This document shows positions 12,701 through 25,373 of a stretch of 64,000 nucleotides of DNA, piece after piece. Origin of the DNA: Octopus sinensis. Taxonomy: Eukaryota. The position numbers were made by a program, and so were the translations under genes. The notes beneath the pieces are model-generated. The model searched no databases and had not been told where the DNA came from. It worked only from the letters and a program-made list of their open reading frames with translations. The stretch spans positions 4,897,360-4,961,359 of the forward strand of contig NC_043019.1 in the NCBI RefSeq assembly GCF_006345805.1. Reading direction: 5' to 3'. The first letter of the stretch is position 1. Each line of letters opens with the position of its first letter.

Positions 12701-13479
12701 CATTGATTTTGATGTCGGTGTACTTGACTCAATGGATCTCCTCAAGCACAGGGTCGAATGGTGTTTCTTCACTTGCCACCTGCACAGGAGTCAGTCCAGC
12801 GGTCCTGGCAACTGCAGGGTGCCAGTCATAGGATTGGTTCAATTTCGATTCCGGTTTCGGAATCGAAATTAACGTATAACAAGTATTCATTTCTACTATA
12901 GCACAAAGTTCGAAATTTGGCGGGGAGGAGGTAAGTCGATTACATCGACCTAAGTGTTTTACTGGTACTTAATTTATCGACCCCAAATGCAAGAAAGTCA
13001 AAGTCGACCCCAGCGGCATTCAAACTCAGAACACGAAGACAGACGAAATACCTATTTCTTTACTACCCACAAGGGGCTAAACACAGAAGGGACAAACAAG
13101 GACCAACAAAGGGATTAAGTCGATTATATCGACCCCAGTGCTTATTTAATCGATAAGGCGGCGAGCTGGCAGAAATGGTAGCACGCCGGGTGAAATGCTT
13201 AGCAGTATTTCGTCTGCCGCTACGTTCTGAGTTCAAATTCCGCCAAGGTTGACATTGCCTTTCATCCTTTCGGGGTCGATTAAATAAGTACCAGTTATGC
13301 ACTGGGGTCGATGTAATCGACTTAATCCGTTTGTCTGTCCTTGTTTGTCCTCTCTGTGTTTAGCCCCTTGTGGGTAGTAAAGAAATAGGTACTTATTTAA
13401 TCGACCCTGAAAGGATGAAAGGCGAAGTCGACCTTGGCGGAATTTGAACTCAGAACGTAGCGAATTTTAATCATAAAAT

Positions 13480-13862
13480 AATAATAATAATAATGAAATT
13501 ATTGTATACAGTGCTCAGGTGCACCACAACTTGTCAGAAAGTGCATATAAAGTACATGCAGTAATGTAGAAATGTCTGGAAAGTGAACAGTGTATGAGTC
13601 AGATACACACTTGCGTGTGTATGGAGGGGAGAAAATCAAGTGTAGTATTGGCGAATCTCAGGAAGCATGGAAGTTTTGAAGGATGCAGTGCTCCAACAAC
13701 TAACAACCGATGCCGGCAGTTTGTTCCATGCTTCAGCAACTCTCAGCGTGAAAAAATGTTTCCTGAAGTCATGGGAGCTGTGCTGTTTTCTTACTTTGTA
13801 AATATGTCCACGGGTGTTAGATGGGTGGAGTTTGAAGAGGTGCTCAGAGTTATTGTTTGACA
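13480..13862 (-). mobile_element. CR1-family 3' end, minus strand (same family as 38800 and 55786)
   Basis: Reverse complement of the CR1 tail and C-terminal coding region. Confidence 0.85.
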
Positions 13863-14175
13863 GCTACTCCGATGGCATGATACACAAACAAGAAGTTTGA
13901 AAAACAGGGATTAAAAAAATTATAAATTTAATACGAATTATGTGTTTTAGAATTTAGGATATAATAAACTGACGAAAAATACCGAAAAACAAATGTCTTT
14001 TTAAACGTGACAACTATTCTGAGCTGATAATATCATAAGGAATTGCCATAATAAAGTATATCCTTCCAAGTGGCAGTGGTGTCAGTTACATATGGCTGCT
14101 ATTTCTAGCACACCGATGCTCTCTTGTCTGGCCACACGTTTATAGCGGATAACTGAATGATCATTTGAAATGATA

Positions 14176-14604
14176 GGATCTTTTCGACTTGAACGGTTGT
14201 TTTTTAAAATAATTTCTACGTAACTAAACACTTTTAAACTTCGTATACTGGTAGAATGTGTTTATAAAACATCTTTTTCTCTTGGCTTTATTGAGAAAAT
14301 TCTATAGTTTGTAAGATATTTGTTGTATTTTTCTTCAATTTCGACAATTTCAACCAATCAATGACGTCTATTGAGGTAAAAAAAAACAACATTCTGTGCC
14401 GTATGAATATGTCCCTCGTTTAAGAAACAGATTGGGTTTATTTACATTTGTGAAGAAAAAAAGATTCCTTTCCCCCACCCCTAACCCTAACCCTTAACCC
14501 TAAAACAGATTGAAATGCAATAGATCGATACTAGGGTCATAATTATGGGTGACAATTTCATATGACACCGCTAGAAAAAACTGCCGTTCAAACCGAAAAG
14601 ATCC
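14176..14604. mobile_element. Same MITE family; partial copies also at ~10372-10600 and ~15830-16181
   Basis: Both TIRs present; internal ccctaa repeats. Confidence 0.82.
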
Positions 14605-15303
14605 GAATGAGTAAACCGTAGCAGAAGGTTAAAAAGTATTGACCTTCAACACTTGAAATCTTTAAGGTTGTCGTCTTCCCAGCATTCATTGCATTAGATA
14701 AATTACTAGAAATAAGAGCCTCATGGCTAATCTTTCCGTGTTGTGCTGGCAATAAACCAGTTCATGAAACAATTAAACTATAATGGACAGGTGCTTTAAT
14801 CAGAAACGAACAATACTTCCAACTACCGACTACAAGGAATCGAATGCTCCATAAGTTACTTCCCTTTTACCATTGTAACACATCCCACACACACATTTTA
14901 TTCAGACTCTTTTATTTGTTTCAGTCATTTGACTGCGGCCATGCTGGAGCACCGCCTTTAGTCGAGCAAATCGACACCCAGGACTTATTCTTTGTAAGCC
15001 TAGTACTTATTCTATCGGTCTCTTTTGCCGAACCGCTAAGTTACGGGGACGAAAACACACCACCATCGGTTGTCAAGCGATGTTGGGGGGGGGGCAAGCA
15101 CAGACACAAACACACACACATATATATACATACATACGACGGGCTTCTTTCAGTTTCCGTCAACCAAATCCACTCATAAGGCTTTGGTCGGTCTAAGGCT
15201 ATAGTAGAAGACACTTGCCCAATGTGCCACGCAGTAGGACTGAACCCGGAACTATGTGATTAGTAAGCAAGATACTTATCACACAGCCACTCCTGCGCCT
15301 ATA

Positions 15304-15809
15304 TCTATATATATAAAACTCTAGTTGTGTGAGTGTCTGTCCCCTTCGATTTAGATTCCTAACTCCTCCCACATTTTGCGGTGCAGTTTAACCAAATTCG
15401 GGTATCTTATAGTCATGATTCATATCGAGCCCGTCTGACTATTAGCGCGCGTCAACGATGAGTCTACGATTTTAAAAATAATTTAACATCATTTTTTATT
15501 CCATTTTAATGCATAAAATGCATCGTGTGTCGATGGCGGCGGAGTTGGCGTCCACGCTCACAGCTGCACCTGTTTGCTTCTCCCCCTTCCCTCCCTCGTG
15601 AAGCTGTGGGGAAGGGAGTGTAAAGAAATCAACGTCGTAATGCGTTGTGAAGGAAACCAGCGTTCTTTTAGAACAACGACTTCATGGCTTGAAGACACCA
15701 AAACAAAAATGGCTAAGAAAGCCCGAATTTATAAGGGAAGTAACTCTCTAAAAATGCTTATATAGTTATTTCCCTTACAAACCCGAGCAACGCCGGGCGA
15801 TACTGCTAG
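15304..15809 (+). mobile_element. Helitron H1 variant with ~200 bp extra CpG-rich internal sequence
   Basis: Same 3' end; 5' TCTATATATATAAAA. Confidence 0.8.
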
Positions 15810-16199
15810 TATATATATAAAAACTTTTAAACTTCGTATACGGGTAGAATGTGTTTATAAAACATCTTTTTCTCCTGGCTTTATTGAGAAAAATCTATAG
15901 TTTGTAAGATATTTGTTGTTTTTCTTTTCTTCAATTTCTGCAATTTCAACCAATCAATGACGTCTATTGAGGTAAAAAAAACATTCTGTGCCGTATGAAT
16001 ATGTCCCTCATTTAAGAAACAGATCGGGTTTATTTACATTTGTGAAGAAAAAAGATACCCTTCTCCCCACCCCTAACCCTAAAATAGATTGAAATGCAAT
16101 AGATCGATACTAGGGTCATAATTATGGGTGACAATTTCATATGACACCGCTAGAAAAAACTGCCGTTCAAACCGAAAAGATACTTTTCATGACAACAAA

Positions 16200-16522
16200 A
16201 TGTAGTTAGATTTTATCACAACATTCTCACAGGGCTTAAGAATGAAGCTTGGTTGGAACTAGTGTTTATATTTGATTGCCAATTGAGAAAACATGTCGAC
16301 CAAGCAAGAAATATGGACATCAATGGTTTCTCTAACTACCCCATCACTAGTGGAAAATGTTACAAATACCTTGAAATTGATGAGAATATTTATGTGTTAG
16401 TGTCGTGAGCAAAGCTAGAGTAATAAAAGAATTTCGGAAAATATGGAAGTTAGAACTGTCTGCATTCAATAAAACTATATCCAAAAATGCTTTCGTGATA
16501 TCAGTGCTAGAACCAACATTTA
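16200..16522 (+). mobile_element. Old degenerate R4/Dong RT fragment
   Basis: Reads ...CYKYLEIDENI... then (frameshift) KARVIKEFRKIWKLELSAFNKTISKNAFVISVL, alignable by eye with KIRKECYRRVREVLKSELNARNKVLAINSLAVPV of the element at 61-64 kb. Confidence 0.6.
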
Positions 16523-16525
16523 GGG

Positions 16526-16743
16526 CAGTGCTTTTCAAACTTTTTGCTGGAGCGGAACCCCAAGGAAACATTTCACTGGCTCGGGGAACCCCTGTGCAAT
16601 AATTTAATTGTCTTATGCACACATATCTGCACAGGAGAATTAAAAATTACTGTCGATTTTAGCATTTTTGTAACTTCTTGCGGATCCCTGGACTGTACTG
16701 GCGGAACCCTAAGGTTCCGCGGAATCCTGGTTGAAAACCACTG
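16526..16743. mobile_element. hAT/Charlie-like MITE inserted in the old Dong fragment
   Basis: TIR CAGTGCTTTTCAA / TTGAAAACCACTG; flanks ATTTAGGG / ATATAGAG (6/8, central TA). Confidence 0.7.
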
Positions 16744-18779
16744 ATATAGAGTATTGAACTGGACACTTAAATCCGTAACATGGACAACGGTTGGTAACTT
16801 CTACAGTAAGGGCAACACTAGCAGGATCTACGTAAAACTGATTTTTTATTACCCACAAGGGGCCAACAAAGAGGGGACAATACAATCTGATTTTGGGGTC
16901 AGATGAGCGAATGATTATACAAAAAAAATGATATTAAAAATTTTACAAAAATAAGAAAATATAATAAAATCGAATGGTAGGACAGACCGGAAGATATGAC
17001 GGATGGAATGAGGGCGGGTTTAATTCGGACCCCACGAGCTCCGCCTCGCCACTGATACCTGAGTTACATCCTGCGTCGCATTCATTAGGTTCCATCCACA
17101 CGCAACATCCGTGCTACATTCTTCCATCGGTCTTCAAACATTTTCACAGTCAGGCATTTTCTCTCTAGCCCTATTTTCCTTTTAAGGTGAAAGGTGAAGT
17201 AATCCACCAATTCAGGGCCAGAGATGAAATTGCCTGACTTTAACCCCTTCAGCTTCGTTCTCCAACTTACCTCTCTCGCAATTGCTACTACAATGAGAAA
17301 ACAATTCTTACCTTCTTTCGAAAGGAAATCAGGCGGATCAATTTTTACTATAGACTCAGTGGATCTATGTAAAACAGTGGGATGACAGTTGACACAATAG
17401 CGAGATCTAGCTAGTTCCAAAACACGTGAATATCATGCCCGAGTCATACGGTCTGTCTTGATTTTTAACCAAATAGCTTGCAGCGATATCATGAACACAA
17501 TCTCAAATGTCCTTAAAGTCCACGCACTTTTCTCAATATTAAAACAGTTTCGTATCAATAATAACGGCAGAGGTCTGAGACTTCAACCAGAGACACGAAT
17601 TATCACCCTTCGCCACAAAGAAGCAGAACATAGCCTCCTAGTATGGCAGAAGCAACGCCAAGGTTTTCCTGCTGAATTCCAGCCAGAAGCAGGACCGGCG
17701 CCAGGAAGTGCGGGGACTAATTAGAAAATTGTCAGTGGGGCCCCTCTACTCTACAAGGGCTGAAGTTTGGTGCTTTCTGCTTCGTGTAGTACGCCGGTCC
17801 CAGCCAAGAATCGTTGAGGGCCTGAGGCTCCACACTGAGCCACAATGATATGCTAAAAATCGAAAGCTTATACGAAAGTTTGATGTTTTATTACAAGTCA
17901 AGATAATTACTGACATACTGTTTGTGAGTAGGCCTTCTAAAAACAGGCTTTCCTGGCCTTTCTTTTTATATTTGAGAAGTCTTTCAAAATCATTTCAAAG
18001 TCGATAGTAATTTTCTATAAATAGCGAGTATTTATTTCTTTATTGCCCACAGGGGGCTAAACACAGAGGGGACAAACAAGGACAGACAAACAGATTAAGT
18101 CGATTATATCGACACCAGTCTACATTACTGCATGTACTTTATATGCACTTTCTGACAAGTTGTGGTGCGCCTGAGCACTGTATACAATAATTTCATTATA
18201 TATATATATAAGTAACTGGTACTTAATTTATCGACCCTGAAAGGATGAAAGGCAAAGTCGACCTCAGAGTGTGTCGCATGTTTGCTGTAGTCGAAGGCAT
18301 GTTATGGTTGAGGATAAGGACAGCTAAAAAGAGAAACCAAAACCCACGATACGTAATTGCGATCATGCGTGTGCGCGCTTAATTTTTTCTGCTTATGGCT
18401 GAAAGATACTGTCTGTAGCCTTTATCTTGACTTACTCATTTTGCCCCACTCAAATTTGTCTATTATATGTTCAAAGAGAACAGCGATAATTTTCCGAAAT
18501 AATGATCAGATTATGTTATAATGCTTCCAAAGCATTTAGAGAAAGCCATTTGCTTAGCTGAACAGTTTGTTTAAATATATATATTTTGTCTTAAACTTAA
18601 AATTGCAGTAAAAATAACTCATTTTGCCCCACAGGCATTCAACTATCGACGAGAGAGGTCAGCTAAAATTAATATATTATATTATATTATACACACACAG
18701 ATTATATATATATATATATACATGTATATATATAAAGTATATTATAAATATTTATATTCTATATTGTGTAGTGAGTAAA

Positions 18780-19095
18780 CGTTTCTAAACTTGTGTGTGT
18801 GTGTATTAAATATGAAATCACGTCTTAAATGCTATAATTAATATACTTAATTATTTCTAAAAACAAAAAAAAATACATTTATTAGAAATTTTTGTTCTCC
18901 GTTATGAATAATTCCGAAATTATATTTGGAATTTACTAATTTTCTTGAAAGAAAACCCGAAGACAAAAAGATCCAAGGTAAGTAACGGAATTATAATTTT
19001 AAGGGTTCGAAAAACTGAGGAGGAATGGTATGAGAAACAGAATGAAAGATTAAGCGAATAACAGAATAGTGAAAATACGAAGGTAGCGTTACAAG
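18780..19095 (+). promoter_or_regulatory. Probable VPS11 proximal promoter / 5' UTR
   Basis: SINE-free unique sequence immediately upstream of the ATG exon; TSS not identifiable from sequence. Confidence 0.4.
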
Positions 19096-19113
19096 ATGGC
19101 TTCCTTCTTGCAG
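19096..19113 (+). CDS. VPS11: VPS11 coding exon 1 (MASFLQ)
   Basis: ATGGCTTCCTTCTTGCAG followed by donor gtaggc. Joins in phase 0 to WRRFNFF, giving the conserved VPS11 N-terminus (human MAAYLQWRRFVFF). Confidence 0.9.
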
Positions 19114-19781
19114 GTAGGCGTTTGTTGACATCCTTTATTTTCCTTTTCTGCTTCGTATTTTTCAGCTGATTTCTTTCAACAAATGTCCCAAGAACGATTT
19201 TTCCGATACTTCTATTATTCTTCCATATCAATTTGATTTTTGTGCAACCGTTACTTGTTTTTTTCTCCGTTTTGTAATCAACAATTGTCCATGGCTAAAT
19301 CTGGTTCCTTTTTCCCCTCTTCTCCCTTCTCCGTTGTTTTGCCTTAAAATATCCCTTTTTTTAAAGATTATTCCTAAATATTTAAAAACACAATAGCCAT
19401 AACAATCTATATCTTCTATAACACGAATTAATTACAGTAAAATAAATTACAATTACGAAAAATCCGACTCAAAATCCGGGACTGTCGCTTTTTTCCACTG
19501 ATAAAGTATAACACCCATTTCTCGACCTCTCAGTACTTTTTCACCAAACATTTACAAATATAAGAGGTTGTTGGAGTGGCTTTCATGCCTCTCTCATGGC
19601 CATTGATAAAGATAAAGGTGTAAGTGAGGTGATATACAGTGGGTTTAACAGGGATGTAAATTCTAGTCGCAAACTCGCCTCGACACATTCTCGACCACAT
19701 CTACATTTATAATAGTCTTAATTTGATATAACAAACAATATACATGGTTATTTTTCTCTGCTCTTTTTTTATTTTTCATAA

Positions 19782-19782
<1 letters not shown>

Positions 19783-19861
<79 letters not shown>
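19783..19861. repeat. Compound (CT)n(AT)n microsatellite
   Basis: Directly visible. Confidence 0.9.
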
Positions 19862-19862
<1 letters not shown>

Positions 19863-20995
19863 TTGTATGTGTGTAAATTGTTTGACTCATCGCCACAAAG
19901 TTTCGTGGGTGTGGACAAGCCGAGTTAAATCTGTTATTAAATGCATTTAAGTTCAACTGAATGTATTTAGTGCTACTTTCTTTCGCTTTCTGACTCTTGT
20001 ATGAATTATATATATCTATCTATATATATATGGTACTTTACCAACAGTATATTGGATAAATGATATCCCATAGTGGGTTACACACATAACCCCTATCTTA
20101 CTTTGTACTATATATATATGTATGTATATATATATAATAGAAGTTATTCAAAGCTTGAGTTGCCAAACAGTAATTCATATTCGGCAACGTAAATAGAAGC
20201 AATACTCAATCAACAAACATATAATCCTAAATCTAACCCTAACCACTGGGTTTACGTAATCTCAGTTCCAATAAATAACGTTTTTCTATTCTACCTAATG
20301 GTATCGGACACTTCCTTTTTTATTTTCCTTCTTTTGGGTTGTTGTTTTGTCCGCTTAATTACAATTCACATCAATGTGAAATCGCAATTATATATGAGCC
20401 GTGGGTGAAGAGTATATGTACTCCTGAAGTAACAAATAATTGGCAAGACAGTATTTTCTTTATTTGTAGCTGATTGCACAGCACTAATAATAGGAACAGT
20501 GTGTGTGACTTTTAGCCTCTTACCTGTGTCAAAATTGATACCTTTCATTTAGCAGAAGGCTACAGCACTACAAATGAGGAGTATATTGTGGATTAAGGTA
20601 ATATATTCGGCTGGATTTCAACCCAGGACAGAGTACACAGCTAAATAACTTCAGTGTTAAACACACACACACACACACCTTTTATCTTTTACTGCCTTGG
20701 AGAATTTTAGTTGAATGAATCGACCTCAGTACTTATTTTATTTAAAGCCTAGTACTTATTCTATCGGTCTCTTTTGCTGAACTGCTAAGTTACGAGGATT
20801 TAGACACACCAGTGTCAGTTGTCAAAGGTGAGGGTGGGGACAAACACAGACGCAACACACATACACACACTCCAAATGCATTCGCAAGACTTTGGTCAAC
20901 CTGAGGTGCCGCATTGGAATTGTGGAATTGAACCAAGAACTATATCGTTGGGAAGCAAGTTTCTTACCACATAGCCACGCCTGTGCCTCTCTCTC

Positions 20996-21034
<39 letters not shown>

Positions 21035-21542
21035 CATCATCGTTTAACGTCCGTTTTCCATGCTAGCATGGGTTGGACGGTTCGACTGGAGTCTGGGAAG
21101 CCATGGAGGCTGCACCAGGCTCCAGTCTGATCTGGCAGTGTTTCGACAGCTGGATGCCCTTCCTAACGCCAACCACTCCGTGAGTGTAGTGGATGCTTTT
21201 TATGTGCCACCTGCACAGGTGCCAGGCAAGGCTGGCAACGGCCACGACCGGTTGGTGCTTTTTACGTGCCACCAACACGGACGCCAGTCAGGCGGCGCTG
21301 GCAACTGCCACGTTTGGATGGTGCTTTTTACATGTCACCGGCACGGGTATCTTAACTACAATTTCCATTTAATTTTCATTTTGATGCTGGTGTTGACACA
21401 CTTGACTCATTAGGTCTCCTCATGAACAGCGGGTCACTCTACGATCCAAGGTTAGCACAGCAGGCCGTCCTGCGAGCCATGGACTCACTTCATTTGTCGG
21501 GTCTTTGAAGTCACAGCATATCTCCAGAGTTATATATATATA

Positions 21543-21583
<41 letters not shown>

Positions 21584-22349
21584 TATACACACACATATAT
21601 AGATATAGATAGATAGATAGATAGAAAGAGTGACATACAATGTATAACATTTAGTCAGACAGACACTTTGCTGTTCTTATCCTTTCCATTCAATTCTACT
21701 GTTCAACGCGTCGCCCGGTCCAGGAATCGAAACCATAATCTTACGATCAGGCTGCTGACACCCTAACCACTAAGCCACGCGCCTCCACAAGGCCTGGTGA
21801 GTGTATAGACATACTCTATATAATTAGAAATAATGCCACTTACTTCTGTCTAAACCACAAGTCATCAGTGATTGAGTAGAGTTATAGCCCAAATCATTCC
21901 AATTGTGACCACCATGCCTTGTTTTCAGACTGCAGATATGAGGTGTTTAAGCAGACATATGGCAATCCTAAATTATCAGTCAGAGGGAAGGAAGAAATAC
22001 CCGGAGGCACAGAAAGAGGTGACCAATGCGAAATAAAGTAGGAAGGGCTGATATTGAGACTGGTGGATGGACGTTTAAGGGAGAGCGAACTAGTAACATA
22101 AAGGGGAAGAAATACATGCAGATTCTGCTGTCGTGATCGCAGTAGCTGATTAGTGCCATTGTTAGAAGGGTCATGGAGGGATGAGTGTTACATAGATGAG
22201 GGGTGTGGAAAACTTGATGGGGACAGACTGAGAGCAAGGCAAGGCCTGGTGAGTTGTTTGTTTGTTTGTTCCTTCTCGAGCCATGCCTGGCTCATAAGTG
22301 CTGGTTTCTCGGTTTCCTTGGCATATAGGATTTTCACTTGCCTCAACAG

Positions 22350-22535
22350 GTCTTCACAAGTGGAGTTTTGTGTCCCAAGAAGGAAAGGAATGCTTAAGTG
22401 GGCTGGCTACATCCCAGGTAGAGGCCACGGGATTATGGCCTCACCTGTCCTGCCGGGTCTTCTCACGCATGGCATACTTCCAATGGTCTCGGTCTCTAGT
22501 CATTTCCTCGGTGAGACCTAAAGTTCGAAGGTCGT
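22350..22535 (-). mobile_element. RTE-clade LINE 3' fragment
   Basis: Minus strand DLRTLGLTEEMTRDRDHWKYAMREKTRQ* resembles the RTE ORF C-terminus. Confidence 0.6.
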
Positions 22536-22579
22536 AGAAAATAGGTAGACCAACAAAGGGTCCTGTAGGGGTATATTTC

Positions 22580-22991
22580 AGATCTTTTCGGTTTGAACGG
22601 CAGTTTTTTCTAGCGGTGTCATATGAAATTGTCACCCATAATTATGACCCTAGTATCGATCTATTGCATTTCAATCTGTTTTAGAGTTAGGGTTGGGGGG
22701 AAGGGTATCTTTTTTTCTTCACAAATGTAAATAAACCCAATCTGTTTCTTAAACGAGGGACATATTCATACGGCACAGAATGTTTTTTACCTCAATAGAT
22801 GTCAGTGATTGGTTGAAATTGCAGAAATTGAAGGAAAAAAAGCAACAAATATCTTACAAACTATAGAATTTTCTCAATAAAGCCAAGAGAAAAAGATGTT
22901 TTATAAACACATTCTACCAGTATACGAAGTTTCAAATTTTTTAGTTACCTAGAAATTATTTTAAAAACTGCCGTTCAAACCAAAAAGATCC
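22580..22991. mobile_element. Same MITE family, TSD 7/8 (TATATTTC/TAAATTTC)
   Basis: Both TIRs visible. Confidence 0.82.
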
Positions 22992-24002
22992 TAAATTTCC
23001 TCGAAAGAGGTAGATATATAGTTCATCTAGTACCTACACCTCTTCCTACTGCAGCTGATGATAGTAGTAAAGTTAAAGAAGTGGGGAGAAATCAAAACCT
23101 TATTGACAGTGTACATACATTAATTATGGTACATAGGTGGCTACTTTTAATTAAGTATTATTGCCTCAGTTGTGTGTATCAGGTTTTTATTCGCAGCATC
23201 AGTGAATGTCTTGTTCACTCTTTCCTGCGTCAGAGACAATAAATTCTCATTCGAAGCCCAAAGCTAGCTGTGAATACCTGCCATTGAAAAGTGTCCCCAA
23301 AAGGCTAAAATGCATCAGGTGCTCTCACGGGCCATGCACTTGGACAAATTTTCATCTCTCTGATATTTATTGTGCTTTAACACATCAAGCCTTTAAGAGA
23401 TGTTATCTTAGGACAATTACTACTGCAACTGGCCTATTGACAGCGTATATGCATAAAGTATTGTACATAGATGGCTATTTTGATTAAATATTGTGTATCA
23501 AATCTCCTGCAAGTTAATGTTGGATCCCTTGATAACAAGGTAGCCTTCATTTTACTAAGGTTTCCTCAGCCTGATGAGTAGCTAGCAGAGTACTCCTCAT
23601 TGAGTAATTACTAATTTCTGAGGTTCTACTAGTTAGGAAATATATGTAGCCTGGATTTTACCTACTCCATTCCCTAACTTTGGATTTTTATTTGCATACA
23701 CAGCAACCACCATTGCGAACTGTGGACTATAAAATAACTTTTTTCAATTTATCAAACTTCATCATGAGAAAAATTTGCAACCTTCTATGTCAATAAACTA
23801 CTATTGTTCCTGAAAGTCGTTTTTTTATACCTTCTACAGACAGGCTTCTTTCAGTTTCCGTCTACCAAATCCACTCACAAGGCTTTGGTCAGTCTAAGGC
23901 TATAGTAGAAGACACTTGCCCAAGGTGCCACGCAGTGGGACTGAACCCAGAACTATGTGGTTGGTAAGCAAGCTATTTACCACACAGCCACGCCTGTGTG
24001 TG

Positions 24003-24033
<31 letters not shown>

Positions 24034-24234
24034 TCTTTTTACTTGTTTCAGTCATTTGACTGCGGCCATGCTGGAACACCACCATTAGTCGAGCAAATCG
24101 ACCCCAGGACATTCTTTATAAACTAGTACTTATTCTATCGGTCTCTTTTGCCAAACTAAGTTACAGGAATGTAAACACACCATCAGTTGTCAAGTGATGG
24201 TGGGGGAGGGGGACAAACACAGACACACACACAC

Positions 24235-24280
<46 letters not shown>

Positions 24281-24630
24281 CGGACTTCTTTCAGTTTCCG
24301 TCTACCAAATCCACTCACAAGGCTTTGGTTGGCCCAAAGTGTCATGTAGTGGGACTGAACCTGGAACCACGTGACTGGGAAGCAAGCTTCTTACCATACA
24401 GCCACACGATCGGTTGGTGCCTTTCATGTGCCACCAGCACGGAAGCCAGTCAAGGCGGCGCTGGCATCGGCCACGTACGGATGGTGCTTTTTTAGGTGCC
24501 AGGGTAGGCTTAAGAGAAAAATTGAAATCAAACCCGTTTTTAACCTGATCCAATCCTACTCTGGGTCTGCTATGAAAATATATTGTCCTTCGCAGTTGCT
24601 TTGCAGCCTGTGGAGTTGTAGGAAGTTTAA

Positions 24631-24850
24631 CCCTTTAGTTACTGTATTTATTTTGAGATGCTTTGTGTTCCTTTCGATTACTTTAAATATAATAGAGAAT
24701 TTTGTAAAATAACTTAGTTATCATTCAGCTAGTGTTAGGAACATAAATTGTGACTAAGGCTTGGTGGAAGATTTTAATTCAAAACTTATGAAAACAAGAC
24801 ATTTGTACTCAGAGCCAAAGTCAGTTTCAGCTAGGTTGGTAATGAAAGGG
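24631..24850. mobile_element. piggyBac-like MITE family P1; other copies at 4850-5070, 9984-10365, 37125-37346, 42853-43072
   Basis: TTAA|CCCTTT...AAAGGG|TTAA termini, characteristic of piggyBac. Confidence 0.85.
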
Positions 24851-25373
24851 TTAAGAAGCTTGCTTTCCAGCCACATGGTTTTGGGTTCAATCCCACTGTG
24901 TGGCACCACCTTGGCCAAGTGTCTTCTGCTATAGCCTAGGACCAACCGAAGCCTTGTGATTGAATTTGGTAGGCAGAAGTTACTGTCATGTGTGTGTATA
25001 AGTGCTTGTGGCCCTTAACAGAGAGGGTCAAAGTTTAATTTCATTGTTTCATGTTGCTCTATAAATCAGTTTTGTCCACTTCTGATTTGTTTATTTTGTG
25101 ATACGAGATATTCCAATAAATATTTTCATTTAGATATCAATTATACTAAAACACTAACCCTTACTATATGTACAAGTAGCAATAATCTAACCAAATCTGC
25201 CACCCGGGTTTTGCAATTCAATGCTTATTTGTTGTCGGTGTTGATGTTGGCATTGTTGTTGAGTTCATAGTGTAATTTCAAGACAATCAATAATGTCAAA
25301 ATTTGGAATTAACCAAAAACATTTCTGTTTGCTGCTCCATATCTTCCTGACTAATCTATACTGTTATAAAGTG

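Noticed and set aside
14479-14503. Telomere-like CCCTAA run as a chromosome-fusion relic
   Set aside because: It is internal to a high-copy MITE and present in shorter form in all its copies.
16974-17690. GC-richer stretch with ORFs 17085-17420 and 17458-17724
   Set aside because: No recognisable domain or splice structure; interrupted by a small GGACCGGCG/CGCCGGTCC MITE-like insert (~17690-17802); probably an old TE remnant.
18920-19231. 103-aa minus-strand ORF overlapping VPS11 exon 1
   Set aside because: Low-complexity antisense frame over promoter and intron sequence; no homology cues.
23571-23630. CTGATGA as a hammerhead start (also 54723)
   Set aside because: No stem II followed by GAAA and no matching stem I.
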